A DNA stretch of 45,854 nt from an uncultured Rhodospirillales bacterium (GTDB lineage Bacteria; Pseudomonadota; Alphaproteobacteria; Rhodospirillales; Casp-alpha2): assembly GCA_963926035.1 (NCBI GenBank), contig CAWUWH010000044.1, positions 1 through 45,854 on the forward strand, in the 5' to 3' direction. Every line of letters begins with the position of its first letter. The first letter of the stretch is position 1. The notes under the pieces were generated by a model. It had not been told where the DNA came from. It saw only the letters and a list, made by a program, of their open reading frames with translations, and ran no database searches. This document shows, one piece after another, positions 1 through 11,312 of the stretch. The translations under genes and the position numbers were made by a program.

Positions 1-19
1 AAATAAATCGCTTTTGCCT

Positions 20-2737
20 ATGAACGACCTTACACACGCGAAAGAAAAAGAATCGGCGAATGGCACAATTGTGTCAGGCGATAAGCCTTTGACGCCGATG
101 ATGGCCCAATATCTGAATATAAAGCACGATCATCCAGACGATCTTCTGTTTTATCGTATGGGCGATTTCTATGAATTGTTCTTTGATGACGCCGTTGCAG
201 CGTCGGCTGCACTTGATATTGCTCTGACGAAACGAGGCAAGCATCTAGGTGAAGATATTCCGATGTGCGGCGTTCCGGTTCATAGTCATGAGACATATTT
301 AAACCGTCTCATTCGAAAAGGTTTTCGTGTTGCCATCTGCGAGCAGACTGAGGACCCAGCAGAAGCCAAAAAGCGTGGGGCAAAATCAGTCGTGCGGCGT
401 GAGGTTGCACGTATTGTAACACCAGGCACAATTTTTGAAGATGTTCTGCTTGAAGCGAGGCGGGATAATTATTTGGCGTGTATCGCCAAGGCTCAAACCC
501 AGTTTGCGGTCGCGTGGTTGGATATATCGACGGGTGCTTTTAGAACTCAGGCTGCTCATCCAGGTGATCTCGCTGCAATTTTGGCCCGTCTTGATCCGGG
601 TGAAGTGTTGATAGCTGACGGATTGATGGGTGATGCGCTACCTGACCAGGTGCTTTTTGATGTTGAAGACCGGCTGACGACCTTGCCGACGAGCCGTTTT
701 GACAGTGAGAATGGTCGCGCGCGCCTTCACGAACTGTATGGCGTGAAGACACTTGATGCTTATGGTGATTTCTCGCGTGCTGAAGTCGCTGCTGCCGGTG
801 CGCTCGTTGATTACGTGCTATTGACGCAAAAAGGCCGCTTACCGCGCCTTCACCCACTCGCAAAGGTCGAAGTGGGCACAGTGATGGAAATTGATGCAGC
901 GACGCGTCGAAACCTTGAACTCACCCAAACAATGTCTGGTGATCGTAAGGGCAGCTTACTGAGCGCCGTTGATAAGACCCTTACGGGCGGTGGGGCGAGG
1001 TTATTGGCGTCTCGCATAGCAGCACCTCTCATGGATTCAAAACAGGTAAACGTCCGCTTGGACCTTGTTTCTACTTTCTATGCTGATACATCGGCGCGGG
1101 ATGATTTGCGCACACTTTTAAAATCTATACCTGAATTTGCGCGCGCACTTAGCCGCGTTACGCTTGAGCGTGCAGGGCCCAGGGATATTGCGGCCATTCG
1201 GACGGGCTTGAGCGTTGCAGAGAAAATTAAGGCAGCCCTTAGGGAAATGCCGACAATTTCTTTGTCACAAGACCTGCCAGAAATCCTCACTGACCTTGTA
1301 GGGCATGAAGCATTATTGGATGATCTTAATCGCGCAATGGTCGCTGAACCGCCAGTGAGCCTGAATGACGGCGGCTTTGTTAATCGAGGTTACCACGCTC
1401 ATTTGGATGAATTGGTCGAAATGCGTGATGAGAGCCGTCGTTTGATTGCAGCGCTGCAAAGCCGTTACGCGACGGAAACAAAGAATCAAGCACTCAAGAT
1501 CAGACATAATAATGTACTGGGTTACTTTATCGAAGTGACGGCAAGGCAGGCAGATCAGATGCCGACAGACCCGGAAAGCCCGTTCATCCATCGCCAAACA
1601 ATGGCCAATGCCGTGCGCTACACCACGGTTGAGTTGAATGATCTAGAAGCTGAGATTTCCCGTGCTGCGGAACGTGCATTGGCGCTAGAACTTAAAATCT
1701 TTAAAAAAATGGCTGATGCGATTATTGATCGTAGTGCTGCGATTGATGCGACTGCCCATGCGATTTCCGTCCTCGATGTTGCGTCTGCCAGTGCGGAATT
1801 AGCGGTTGACCATGTGTTTGTCCGACCTGAAATAGATGACAGTGAGGCATTCACAATTGAAGGCGGCCGTCATCCGGTTGTGGAGCTAGCGCTAAAGCAA
1901 ATGGGTGAGAGCAGCTTCGTTGCCAATGATTGCCGGCTTGAGGCCGGTGATGCGGGTAATCCAGGGGCACGATTGTGGCTGTTAACGGGCCCAAATATGG
2001 CTGGTAAAAGCACGTTTCTTCGTCAAAATGCGTTGCTTGCTGTCTTGGCTCAGGCGGGGATGTTTGTGCCGGCAACACGGGCGCATATCGGCATTGTTGA
2101 TCGATTGTTCTCACGCGTTGGTGCGGCAGATGATCTTGCTCGCGGTCGTTCCACATTTATGGTCGAAATGGTAGAGACCGCGGCGATCCTTCATCAGGCG
2201 GGCCCAAGGGCTTTGGTTATCCTGGATGAGATTGGTCGCGGAACATCAACCTATGACGGTTTATCAATCGCTTGGGCAGTTGTTGAGCATTTACACGAAA
2301 TTAATTGCTGTCGGGGTTTGTTTGCGACGCACTATCACGAGCTCACCACGTTGGCTGAGAGATTATCCAGTCTTACGTGCTATACTATGCGCGTGAAAGA
2401 ATGGAAAAATGATGTCGTTTTCTTACACGAAGTTGGCCAAGGTACAGCAGACAGATCATATGGAATACATGTTGGTCAGCTCGCTGGATTGCCATCTAAT
2501 CTTGTTAAGCGCGCCGAAGAGATCTTAAAGCGCTTGGAATCGACGGATAAAAAGCCAACTCAAGACTTAGGCGCAGACTTGCCATTGTTCTCTGCCCTTC
2601 AAGCGCAATCAAAAGCTGTTATAAAAGAAAGTTTGATTGAAGATGCAGTTAATAAGATTAATCCAGATACCTTGACGCCACTTGAGGCACTTGAAACGCT
2701 TTATAAGCTTAAATCATTAAGCGTAGAAGAAAATTAA
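20..2737 (+). CDS. mutS: DNA mismatch repair protein MutS
   Basis: [19 protein letters not shown] mismatch-binding motif, Walker [19 protein letters not shown] and ATHYHEL. ATG at 20 preferred over TTG at 14. Confidence 0.98.
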   Translation: MNDLTHAKEKESANGTIVSGDKPLTPMMAQYLNIKHDHPDDLLFYRMGDFYELFFDDAVAASAALDIALTKRGKHLGEDIPMCGVPVHSHETYLNRLIRKGFRVAICEQTEDPAEAKKRGAKSVVRREVARIVTPGTIFEDVLLEARRDNYLACIAKAQTQFAVAWLDISTGAFRTQAAHPGDLAAILARLDPGEVLIADGLMGDALPDQVLFDVEDRLTTLPTSRFDSENGRARLHELYGVKTLDAYGDFSRAEVAAAGALVDYVLLTQKGRLPRLHPLAKVEVGTVMEIDAATRRNLELTQTMSGDRKGSLLSAVDKTLTGGGARLLASRIAAPLMDSKQVNVRLDLVSTFYADTSARDDLRTLLKSIPEFARALSRVTLERAGPRDIAAIRTGLSVAEKIKAALREMPTISLSQDLPEILTDLVGHEALLDDLNRAMVAEPPVSLNDGGFVNRGYHAHLDELVEMRDESRRLIAALQSRYATETKNQALKIRHNNVLGYFIEVTARQADQMPTDPESPFIHRQTMANAVRYTTVELNDLEAEISRAAERALALELKIFKKMADAIIDRSAAIDATAHAISVLDVASASAELAVDHVFVRPEIDDSEAFTIEGGRHPVVELALKQMGESSFVANDCRLEAGDAGNPGARLWLLTGPNMAGKSTFLRQNALLAVLAQAGMFVPATRAHIGIVDRLFSRVGAADDLARGRSTFMVEMVETAAILHQAGPRALVILDEIGRGTSTYDGLSIAWAVVEHLHEINCCRGLFATHYHELTTLAERLSSLTCYTMRVKEWKNDVVFLHEVGQGTADRSYGIHVGQLAGLPSNLVKRAEEILKRLESTDKKPTQDLGADLPLFSALQAQSKAVIKESLIEDAVNKINPDTLTPLEALETLYKLKSLSVEEN

Positions 2738-2880
2738 CAAGAATAATGCATAAATTTTATTTGTATACTTGTTGCACAAGTCTGTCTCTGATTCCGATTT
2801 TGAGTCGCCTTGAATGAGATCGTTAAAAAATGAACGAATTTTTCCCCCTACAAACGGTCAGTTGAGATATAAACCCATCT

Positions 2881-5661
2881 ATGGCACGCATTTTAAAACC
2901 CCGAGAGATTATCGATAGAAAAGCACTTTTAGGTCAGCTTGATGAAATACTTGGCTGGTCAGGCTACAATAAGGATACTCAGCGAGATATTTTTCAGATC
3001 TACAAATCCGTTCTTGAGTCAGGACGCTTGGAAATCCGTCGTAGATTTGAAGCTGGCGAGCAATCTGGCGGTAAAACGGTTGTTGCGGGCTCATACCTTC
3101 TTGATCAATTAATTCGGGTGGTTTTTGAAGTGGCGGCTGAGCACGCCTTTCCAATCGGCGTCGAGACGGCCGGTGATGCGATGTCGGTGGTGGCAACAGG
3201 TGGATATGGACGGGGCGAACTCGCGCCTCACTCAGACATCGATTTGATGTTCTTGCTTCCCTATAAGCTTACGCCCCGTGCGGAACAAGTTGTCGAATAT
3301 GTTCTCTATACCCTATGGGACATGGGCTTAAAGGTCGGGCATGCAACGCGTTCGGGCGATGAAGCGATACGCTTGGCAAAAGAAGACCTTACGATCCGAA
3401 CCAGCCTATTAGAATCACGATTGATCGCAGGCGATGCTAAGCAATTTGAAGACTTTGAGCGTCAATTTAAAACATCCGTTATCGATGGAACAGGCAACGC
3501 ATTTGTTGAACAAAAATTAGACGAGCGAGATGGTCGACACGCGCGTATGGGTGATACGCGCTATGTACTTGAGCCAAACATCAAGGAAGGCAAAGGAGGG
3601 CTTCGTGATCTGCAGACGTTGATGTGGATCGCTAAGTATCTTTATGACGCCCGGAGCATTGATGATCTCAAACTAAAGGGCGTCCTCACGGCAGACGATG
3701 CGCGGCGCTTTGATAAAGCCCAAGAATTTTTTTGGACGGTGAGATGTCATTTACATTATCTGGCGGATCGCCCCGAGGAGCGTTTGACTTTTAATGTGCA
3801 AACCGAAATGGGCGAGCGCATGGCATATACCGACCACGCAGGTTTGAGCGGTGTTGAACGTTTCATGAAGCATTATTTCTTAATTGCAAAGGATGTCGGT
3901 GATCTAACGCGGATCATCTGCGCAGCGCTCGAAGAGCAACATAAAACAAAGAGCAAAAGGTTTCGATTGCCGACCTTTGGGCTTGGCGGGCCGAAAATTG
4001 ATGGCTTTAAAGTCGATGGAGATCGGATTTCAGTCGAAAGTGATGACTTGTTTGCGACAGATCCGCCCAAGCTTCTGGATTTGTTTTGGCAGGCGCAAAA
4101 ACATGATCTCGATATTCATCCCAATGCCCTGAGATTGGTTACAAAAAATCTTCGACGTATCACGCGAAAGCTGCAGAACGATGTGACCGCGAACCAGACT
4201 TTTGTGAATATATTAACGGGGCCCAATCCCGATAAAACGTTAATGCGGATGAATGAGTCTGGGGTGTTTGGTAAATTTGTCCCTGACTTTGGGCGGGTTG
4301 TCGCCCAGATGCAGTACGACATGTATCATGTTTATACCGTGGACGAGCATACGATCCGCGCAATTGGCGTTTTGCATGGCATCGACACAGGCCGTTTGAT
4401 TGATGACCATCCTGTCGCTTGTTCTGTGATTAGCGAAGTTCAGTCGAAACGGGCGCTGTATCTAGCTGTGCTACTTCATGACATTGCAAAAGGTCGAGGC
4501 GGAGATCATTCAGAGCTTGGCGCAGAAATAGCACTTAAGCTCGGGCCAAGGATGGGCATGAGCGAATGGGAAACAGAGACTGTTGCATGGCTCGTCGAAA
4601 AACATCTTTTGATGAGCAATACGGCATTTAAGCGCGATATAGATGACCCAAAAACAGTAGCGGATTTTCGTGAGATTGTTCAGTCACCAGAACGCCTGCG
4701 TTTACTGCTCATTCTGACAGTTGCCGATATTCGGGCCGTTGGGCCAAATGTCTGGAATGCCTGGAAAGCCGGCCTTCTACGTGAGCTCTACTGGCAAACA
4801 CGTGAAGCCATGTCCGGAGAAACACCAAAAGACCGGCTGGCGAAACGATCCGAAAATGCCAAACATAAATTACGCGACGCGCTTGAAGCTCAAGCACCAA
4901 GATGGTCTGACGAAGACATTGAGCATCATTTTGATTTCGCAAGAGAGACGTATTGGTTATCATTTGATACCGAAACACTGGTAAGGCATGCAGAGATAAC
5001 GCGCATGTCCGCTTCGGAAGACAAGAAACTCCACATCGAACTGCACTCAGATGAAGCGCAGGCAGCCACCGAAGTTTTAGTATATACAGCAGACCATCCG
5101 GGACTGTTTTCAAAAGTAGCCGGGGCTTTATCCCTAGGCGGCGTAAGTATTGTGGACGCAAAAGTTATAACACTAAACAATGGCATGGCTCTAGATACAT
5201 TCTGGGTTCAGGACGCGCAATCGGAGGCAATATCCGGTTCGGCTAGAATGGAACGCATTACGGCGCGGATTGAACGTGCATTATCAGGCGTTGCGTCCCC
5301 TGCATATGAATTAAGAGAAGCTCGCGCAAATGCGATGCCATCGAGAACGAGTGTATTCAAAGTTCCACCTCGGGTCCTCATTGATAATAATGCAAGTCGC
5401 ACCCATACGGTTATTGAAGTTAACGGGCGCGACCGCCTCGGGTTTTTGCATGATATCACAGATGTGATTACGCATGCAGGACTACAGATTTCATCAGCAC
5501 ACATTTCAACATACGGCGAGCGAGTCATTGATGTGTTTTATGTGAAAGACATCTTTGGTTTGAAAATGGAACAACCTACCAAAATCAAGACTGTGAGAGG
5601 GAAGCTTATTGCTGCCATTGATACGGTCAAATCAAAGAACAAACCAGAGGCTGCTGAGTGA
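2881..5661 (+). CDS. glnD: Bifunctional PII uridylyltransferase/uridylyl-removing enzyme
   Basis: Nucleotidyltransferase motif GGYGRGELAPHSDIDL, HD domain (HVYTVDEH...LLHDIAKG) and two C-terminal ACT domains. Confidence 0.97.
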   Translation: MARILKPREIIDRKALLGQLDEILGWSGYNKDTQRDIFQIYKSVLESGRLEIRRRFEAGEQSGGKTVVAGSYLLDQLIRVVFEVAAEHAFPIGVETAGDAMSVVATGGYGRGELAPHSDIDLMFLLPYKLTPRAEQVVEYVLYTLWDMGLKVGHATRSGDEAIRLAKEDLTIRTSLLESRLIAGDAKQFEDFERQFKTSVIDGTGNAFVEQKLDERDGRHARMGDTRYVLEPNIKEGKGGLRDLQTLMWIAKYLYDARSIDDLKLKGVLTADDARRFDKAQEFFWTVRCHLHYLADRPEERLTFNVQTEMGERMAYTDHAGLSGVERFMKHYFLIAKDVGDLTRIICAALEEQHKTKSKRFRLPTFGLGGPKIDGFKVDGDRISVESDDLFATDPPKLLDLFWQAQKHDLDIHPNALRLVTKNLRRITRKLQNDVTANQTFVNILTGPNPDKTLMRMNESGVFGKFVPDFGRVVAQMQYDMYHVYTVDEHTIRAIGVLHGIDTGRLIDDHPVACSVISEVQSKRALYLAVLLHDIAKGRGGDHSELGAEIALKLGPRMGMSEWETETVAWLVEKHLLMSNTAFKRDIDDPKTVADFREIVQSPERLRLLLILTVADIRAVGPNVWNAWKAGLLRELYWQTREAMSGETPKDRLAKRSENAKHKLRDALEAQAPRWSDEDIEHHFDFARETYWLSFDTETLVRHAEITRMSASEDKKLHIELHSDEAQAATEVLVYTADHPGLFSKVAGALSLGGVSIVDAKVITLNNGMALDTFWVQDAQSEAISGSARMERITARIERALSGVASPAYELREARANAMPSRTSVFKVPPRVLIDNNASRTHTVIEVNGRDRLGFLHDITDVITHAGLQISSAHISTYGERVIDVFYVKDIFGLKMEQPTKIKTVRGKLIAAIDTVKSKNKPEAAE

Positions 5662-5722
5662 GGATGCCTACTCGATTGTTGGCCGCCATGGGCTTGCCTC
5701 AATTCTATTATAGACCCGAAAC

Positions 5723-7279
5723 ATGAATCTCGTTCGCGCAATATCTGCTATTGGCTCGATGACGATGTTAAGCCGTGTCTTCGGTTTCGTTCGAGATATC
5801 TTGTTTGCACAATTTTTGGGTGCAGGGGCTGTTGCTGACGCTTTTGTCGTGGCGTTCCGGTTTCCAAATTTATTCAGGCGATTGTTTGCTGAAGGCGCCT
5901 TCGCCGCTGCATTTGTGCCGATGTTCTCAAGAAGCCTTGAAGGTGAAGGCGATGATGCGGCCAGAAAATTCGCTAGCGAAGCGTTTAGTGTCCTCGCATT
6001 AATACTATTCGCATTTGTCGTTTTTGCTGAAATTTCCATGCCCTGGTTGATGCCATATCTCGCTCCGGGATTTGATAATGTTCCAGGTAAAATGGAAATG
6101 GCGACAGAGTTCTCAAGGATCGCATTCCCATATCTCTTTTTCATATCGCTCGTCGCATTGTTATCTGGCGTGCTGAATGCGTACGGAAAATTTGCTGGGG
6201 CCGCCGCAGCGCCTGTTCTGCTGAACATCACGCTCATTGCGGCCCTATTGGGATTTGGTGGATCCGATGAAGAATCTGGGCGTGCACTTGTTTGGGGCGT
6301 TTTTGCAGGTGGTGTCGTTCAGCTTATTTGGCTGTTTTGGCATTGTCGCAAAATTGGCTTCACCGTCAAAATTAAAGTGCCAAAGCTCAGCGAAAAAGTA
6401 CGCACCCTTGGCCGGCGCATCCTTCCCGTGATGTTTGGCGCAAGCCTTTATCAAATCAATCTGTTGATAGGCACTATCTTGGCGACCACAATTTCAGATG
6501 GCGCCGTTTCATACCTGTACTATGCGGACCGCGTGACTCAATTGCCGTTGGGTGTCGTCGGAATTGCAGTTGGTACGGCACTCTTACCAATGATTTCAAA
6601 GCAATTGGAAGCGGGTGATGATGACAAGGCGAACGCGGCACAAAACCGCGGGACTGAGCTTGCATTATTATTGACAGTCCCAGCCGCCATCGCTTTGGTC
6701 GTCATTCCAGAGCCCATCATTAGTGTATTATTTGAGCGGGGCGCATTTGGAGCTGATGCGAGCGAGGCGACGGCCATGGCGCTTATGGCTTATGCTATTG
6801 GTCTGCCGGCCTACGTTGGAATACGTGTCTTTACGCCAGGTTTTTTTGCGCGCGAAGATACAGCAACACCAGTGCGCATCGCTGCAGTTTCTATCGTCGT
6901 GAACGTTGCTTTGAATCTATGGCTGATAAACTATTTTGGATATGTGGGCATTGCGGTCGCATCCAGTATTTCAGCGTGGCTGAATGTCGTGCTGCTAGTT
7001 TTTTTCTTGTCGCGCCGGGGTCACTATCAAGCTGATCGTCGTTTAGTGATGCGGATCGCTGGAATTCTTGGCGCCAGTTCCGTCATGGCTGCTGTTTTAT
7101 GGTTTGGCGCTGCTTGGGCCGTGCCATGGCTTTCCGGAACGATCATCGAAAAGGTTGTTTCCTTAACCGCCCTCGTTGTCGGGGGTGGTATCGTTTACTT
7201 GGGCGCGGCACGTGTCTTTGGTGCATTTTCAATTGCCGAAATCAAAGCGAGTGTTCGTGGCGCCAGGCAGAGCAATTGA
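5723..7279 (+). CDS. murJ: Lipid II flippase MurJ (MviN)
   Basis: SRVFGFVRD, FRFPNLFRRLFAEGAF, YYADRVTQLPLG; about 14 hydrophobic segments. Confidence 0.97.
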   Translation: MNLVRAISAIGSMTMLSRVFGFVRDILFAQFLGAGAVADAFVVAFRFPNLFRRLFAEGAFAAAFVPMFSRSLEGEGDDAARKFASEAFSVLALILFAFVVFAEISMPWLMPYLAPGFDNVPGKMEMATEFSRIAFPYLFFISLVALLSGVLNAYGKFAGAAAAPVLLNITLIAALLGFGGSDEESGRALVWGVFAGGVVQLIWLFWHCRKIGFTVKIKVPKLSEKVRTLGRRILPVMFGASLYQINLLIGTILATTISDGAVSYLYYADRVTQLPLGVVGIAVGTALLPMISKQLEAGDDDKANAAQNRGTELALLLTVPAAIALVVIPEPIISVLFERGAFGADASEATAMALMAYAIGLPAYVGIRVFTPGFFAREDTATPVRIAAVSIVVNVALNLWLINYFGYVGIAVASSISAWLNVVLLVFFLSRRGHYQADRRLVMRIAGILGASSVMAAVLWFGAAWAVPWLSGTIIEKVVSLTALVVGGGIVYLGAARVFGAFSIAEIKASVRGARQSN

Positions 7280-7345
7280 TACCTCGCTTGACCGGTTCCG
7301 AGCAACGGGCGATAAAACGCGCCTGACTTCAAAGTGGGATCGAAT

Positions 7346-8368
7346 ATGAACCAACGAATATTTTCTGGCGTACAGCCAACCGGCAACCTGCATCTTGGGA
7401 ACTATCTGGGCGCTATTCGTAACTGGGTAAAACTCCAAGACGATTACGAATGCTTGTTCTGCGTTGTTGACCTTCATGCAATCACAGTTTGGCAGGAGCC
7501 AGAGAAGCTACGTCAATCCACACGTGATGTTGCCGCTGCATTAATCGCTGCCGGCGTCGATCCCAAAGAACAAATTATCTTTAATCAATCCCAGGTTCCA
7601 GGACATGCTGAACTTGCATGGATCTTTAATTGTGTTGCGCGGATGGGGTGGCTTGGCCGGATGACGCAATTCAAAGAAAAGGCAGGCAAAGATCGTGAAA
7701 ACGCATCTGTTGGCCTCTTTGCATATCCAAACCTCATGGCAGCAGACATACTTTTATATAAAGGTACCCATGTTCCTGTTGGTGAAGACCAGAAACAGCA
7801 TCTGGAGCTTGCACGAGATATCGCACAAAAATTCAATAACGATTTCAAAACAGAAACGTTTCCTATTCCCGAGCCCCTTATTCTTGGTACGTCGACACGC
7901 GTGATGTCGCTCAAAGATGGCACGAAGAAGATGTCTAAGTCGGACCCTTCGGACTTATCGCGGATTAACATGACCGACGATGCGGAAACGATCGCGCATA
8001 AGATTAAAAAGGCAAAAACGGATCCAGATTTATTGCCAGATACAGTTCAAGGTCTTGATGGGCGGCCAGAAGCACGAAATCTTTTGGGCATTTATGCGAC
8101 TTTAGCAGAAACGACGGTTGATCAAGCGGTTCAAACATTTGCTGGCCAGCAGTTCTCGGCCCTGAAAACAGAACTTTCAGATGTGGCAGTCGCGAATTTG
8201 GCGCCAATCCAAGATGAATATCGGAGATTGCTCGCGGATAAGGGCCATGTTGATAGCGTTTTGGCAGACGGCGCAGAGCGCGCGCGCGCCATGGCAGAGC
8301 CTGTATTACGAGAAGTTCAAGACGTCATTGGGTTCCTTCGAGCGAAGCCATCTAGAAAACCAATGTGA
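7346..8368 (+). CDS. trpS: Tryptophan--tRNA ligase
   Basis: [15 protein letters not shown] (HIGH), [10 protein letters not shown] and KMSKS. ATG at 7346 preferred over GTG at 7334. Confidence 0.98.
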   Translation: MNQRIFSGVQPTGNLHLGNYLGAIRNWVKLQDDYECLFCVVDLHAITVWQEPEKLRQSTRDVAAALIAAGVDPKEQIIFNQSQVPGHAELAWIFNCVARMGWLGRMTQFKEKAGKDRENASVGLFAYPNLMAADILLYKGTHVPVGEDQKQHLELARDIAQKFNNDFKTETFPIPEPLILGTSTRVMSLKDGTKKMSKSDPSDLSRINMTDDAETIAHKIKKAKTDPDLLPDTVQGLDGRPEARNLLGIYATLAETTVDQAVQTFAGQQFSALKTELSDVAVANLAPIQDEYRRLLADKGHVDSVLADGAERARAMAEPVLREVQDVIGFLRAKPSRKPM

Positions 8369-8385
8369 GTTAAACGTCTTTGTGA

Positions 8386-8414
8386 CTTGCATCGACAAGG
8401 CAACTGCCCCAAAT
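8386..8414 (+). promoter_or_regulatory. Putative RpoH (sigma32)-type promoter of nfuA
   Basis: CTTGCA-N15-CCCCAAAT resembles the sigma32 consensus CTTGAA-N13-16-CCCCATNT and lies about 70 nt before the ATG. Confidence 0.5.
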
Positions 8415-8485
8415 AAGTGTTACAATGCCAAGGCATAACGTTGCATACTATAAACCTTCGCAGCACCTTAAAGTTGGAGAACAAC

Positions 8486-9037
8486 ATGTTTATTCAGACC
8501 GAGAGCACACCTAATCCCGCGACTTTGAAGTTTTTACCGGGAAAGGCAGTGATGCAAAGCGGCACAGCCAACTTTGCAGATCAATCTGAAGTGGGACGGT
8601 CTCCTTTGGCAGTTCGGCTATTTACGATTGAAGGTGTTGCAGGCGTGTTCTTGGGCTCAGATTTTGTCACAGTGACTAAAAGTGATGACAAGGAATGGGA
8701 TGTTATGCGTCCTCAAATACTTGGTGGGATTATGGAACATTACCAATCCGGTCGAGCGATTATTGATAACGATGAAAGCCCGAATGCGTCAGATGATTCG
8801 GAAGATGATCCAATCATTAAACAGATCAAAGAGTTAATTGATACGCGCGTGCGCCCTGCTGTTGCGCAAGATGGTGGCGATATAGTCTTTAAAGGCTTTG
8901 AAGGCGGCATTGTATCGTTACACATGCAAGGCGCTTGTGCAGGCTGTCCAAGCTCTACAGCGACACTTAAGCATGGGATTGAGAATATGCTTAAGTATTA
9001 CGTGCCTGAAGTTCAGGAAGTTCGCGCCGTCGAATAA
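8486..9037 (+). CDS. nfuA: NifU/NfuA-family Fe-S cluster carrier (Nfu N-terminal plus NifU-C domains)
   Basis: MFIQTESTPNPATLKF N-terminus, RVRPAVAQDGGDI and GACAGCPSS CxxC. GGAGA Shine-Dalgarno precedes ATG 8486. Confidence 0.93.
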   Translation: MFIQTESTPNPATLKFLPGKAVMQSGTANFADQSEVGRSPLAVRLFTIEGVAGVFLGSDFVTVTKSDDKEWDVMRPQILGGIMEHYQSGRAIIDNDESPNASDDSEDDPIIKQIKELIDTRVRPAVAQDGGDIVFKGFEGGIVSLHMQGACAGCPSSTATLKHGIENMLKYYVPEVQEVRAVE

Positions 9038-9060
9038 GGCGACTACAAAACCACAATATA

Positions 9061-9089
9061 TTGACATTTTTCAACTTTGGATGTACACT
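9061..9089 (+). promoter_or_regulatory. Putative sigma70 promoter upstream of the glucosaminidase gene
   Basis: TTGACA-N17-TACACT. A second TTGACA (9092) and a TATAAT (9128-9133) follow. Confidence 0.5.
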
Positions 9090-9261
9090 AATTGACATCG
9101 GTCATGTGGTGAACCTAGTTTATTAACTATAATTGATCGACTGGCAGAGGCCTGACAGGTAAAAATACCGCAGGCTTCAAGGATTGTCAGAATACCCAGG
9201 GCAAGAGTAACGAGAGAACAGGGGCAATGCTGCCGCGAATAGCGTCGCATTGAGAGCATTC

Positions 9262-10266
9262 ATGATGACCCGAAAATTTGATAGAATCATTCTTTGTTTT
9301 ATCGGTAGTGCTGTTTTAGCGACAGCAACGGCAAGTATCGTGAGCCCGAATGCAGGTCTGACGGCAGCACCGCGTGTGTCTTTCGATAGTGCACGCGCAG
9401 AAGCTATACCTCTAAATCGAAATGCTCGAAGCTCAGCTTCTGGAGCTATCGAATCCGCCTCTAGAGATGATATTAAATCACTACGCAAGGTTCAGGACCT
9501 CGCCCAGGGCTTTAAAGAAATTGGCTATAATTTAGATGGCGTCCGTGACGATGCGCTGGTGCCACGCGTATTTTTGGCTGAACTGCCGCATGATCTTGAT
9601 GAAACCGCTGAAGTTTCACTCAAGAAAACCGTTTTCTTCAAAATGATGCTGCCTCTTGTTTTGAATGAGAATGAGCGAATTCTTGCGGATCAGAACCGTC
9701 TGCACCAAATCAAAACATCCATGGCACTTGGGGCTAAAATTGAAGCGCGTGACCGCCTATGGCTGGCTGTCTTGGCAGAGCGTTACAAACTAAAAGATGA
9801 AAACATAGGTGTATTGTTAAGGCGTGTTGATATTGTGCCGCCATCATTGGCAATGGCACAGGCTGCTGAAGAAAGCGGCTGGGGAACGTCAAGATTTGCA
9901 CGTACTGCGAATGCACTTTACGGACAGTGGACAACGTCAGATGGACAGGGAATCATCCCAGAAGATCGCCCTGAAGGTATGGACCATAAAGTTAGAGCCT
10001 TCGATAATCTGGCGCAGTCAGTCTCCGCGTATATGCGTAATTTAAATACGCACCGGGCCTACCGCGAGTTCCGCAAGCATCGGAAATCTATTCGCGGCAA
10101 AGGCCAGGCATTGAATGGTTCCGTTCTGGCAGCAAATTTAACGCGTTATTCTGAGCGCGGCGAGAAATACGTTGATAGTGTACGTGCAATTATCAATGTA
10201 AATCAGTTGCTTGGCCTGGATGATGCTCAGCTCGTAAAAGATGATGCTGACGATCAATCGGTTTGA
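9262..10266 (+). CDS. Bax-like glucosaminidase-domain (GH73-type) peptidoglycan hydrolase
   Basis: N-terminal signal or anchor; AMAQAAEESGWGTSRFA..ANALYGQW, YMRNLNTHRAY and YSERG motifs of Bax-family proteins. Confidence 0.85.
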   Translation: MMTRKFDRIILCFIGSAVLATATASIVSPNAGLTAAPRVSFDSARAEAIPLNRNARSSASGAIESASRDDIKSLRKVQDLAQGFKEIGYNLDGVRDDALVPRVFLAELPHDLDETAEVSLKKTVFFKMMLPLVLNENERILADQNRLHQIKTSMALGAKIEARDRLWLAVLAERYKLKDENIGVLLRRVDIVPPSLAMAQAAEESGWGTSRFARTANALYGQWTTSDGQGIIPEDRPEGMDHKVRAFDNLAQSVSAYMRNLNTHRAYREFRKHRKSIRGKGQALNGSVLAANLTRYSERGEKYVDSVRAIINVNQLLGLDDAQLVKDDADDQSV

Positions 10267-11312
10267 TTTTTCTTAGGCACGTAATATTGTTGGCCTAACC
10301 AATTCCAACTTCCATTGCCAGCAGGCATCGTGCAGTTGAGGCGTGTGCGCCCCGGCGGCATTGCTTTATCTGCGCGCACTTCAAATCTAGACCCTAAGCG
10401 CTGAACCGTAAGTTTTTCAACGTGTGATGCATAGCAATTCAGACGATCGAGGCCTTTGTCAGGCCAAGTCACGGTAAACCCGATAAGTGGCGGGTTCGTT
10501 TTTCCAATTGTTGGATCATCCGGTGTGATGTCAGCTATTCGAAAAGGTAAAGCGTTGGCAGCGAGTTTAAATCGATCAATAGATCCAAATGCTTCGTTCA
10601 TCGCAAATCGGGGCAAGTAGTAAATTTCCCCACCGGTTCCGATTGCGCCTGAATGCTGACCGAATGCGGCTACAAATCCTGCTTTTTTTACTAACACCAT
10701 TGTTTCAAGATTAGCTTCGCCATAAGGGTAAGCAAATAAATCAGGGGTATTGCCCAATTTAGCTTCAAACTGTCCATTCGATTGGCTTAGCTCGTCGATT
10801 ATTTTAGCGCGGCTTAGATCAGCCATATGCGGATGAAATTTTGTTTGGCTGCCAATGGTGACACCTTCTTCGGATATCTCTCGAAGTTGCTTCCAAGACA
10901 TATATCTTGATAATTGCTTATCAACGGGATCAGTGGCGACAAAGACGGTTAACGGAAACCCTGCTTCTTTTAAAATTGGCCATGCTCGTGAATAGACAGA
11001 AGAGTACGCATCATCGACGCTCAAGCCGACAGTCTTTGGTGGCAACGCCTCGCCGTTTCTGAGAGCAGCAATAATTTTTGGCAATGACTCGACGTTGTAT
11101 CCACCATTTTTGAGCTCAGCAACGTGTTCGCGAAACTGATCCATCGTAACGTTCGTTGAAGGAAAATCTTGTTCGCCAAACCGATGGTACATTATGACAA
11201 CGGCCTGGGTCGGCGGTGCGTCTGCTCTAACGTCGCTGGTTAGCGGCGATAAGCTAATGGTTAAGGTGCTCAAGATAATAGCGGCAAATGCCAATATAAT
11301 GCGGTGTAACAT
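10254..11312 (-). CDS. Exported polysaccharide deacetylase (CE4/NodB family)
   Basis: Signal peptide; IMYHRFG, SVDDAY, IGSQTKFHPHM, FAYPYGE and LPRF motifs. Confidence 0.9.
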   Translation of the reverse strand: MLHRIILAFAAIILSTLTISLSPLTSDVRADAPPTQAVVIMYHRFGEQDFPSTNVTMDQFREHVAELKNGGYNVESLPKIIAALRNGEALPPKTVGLSVDDAYSSVYSRAWPILKEAGFPLTVFVATDPVDKQLSRYMSWKQLREISEEGVTIGSQTKFHPHMADLSRAKIIDELSQSNGQFEAKLGNTPDLFAYPYGEANLETMVLVKKAGFVAAFGQHSGAIGTGGEIYYLPRFAMNEAFGSIDRFKLAANALPFRIADITPDDPTIGKTNPPLIGFTVTWPDKGLDRLNCYASHVEKLTVQRLGSRFEVRADKAMPPGRTRLNCTMPAGNGSWNWLGQQYYVPKKNQTD

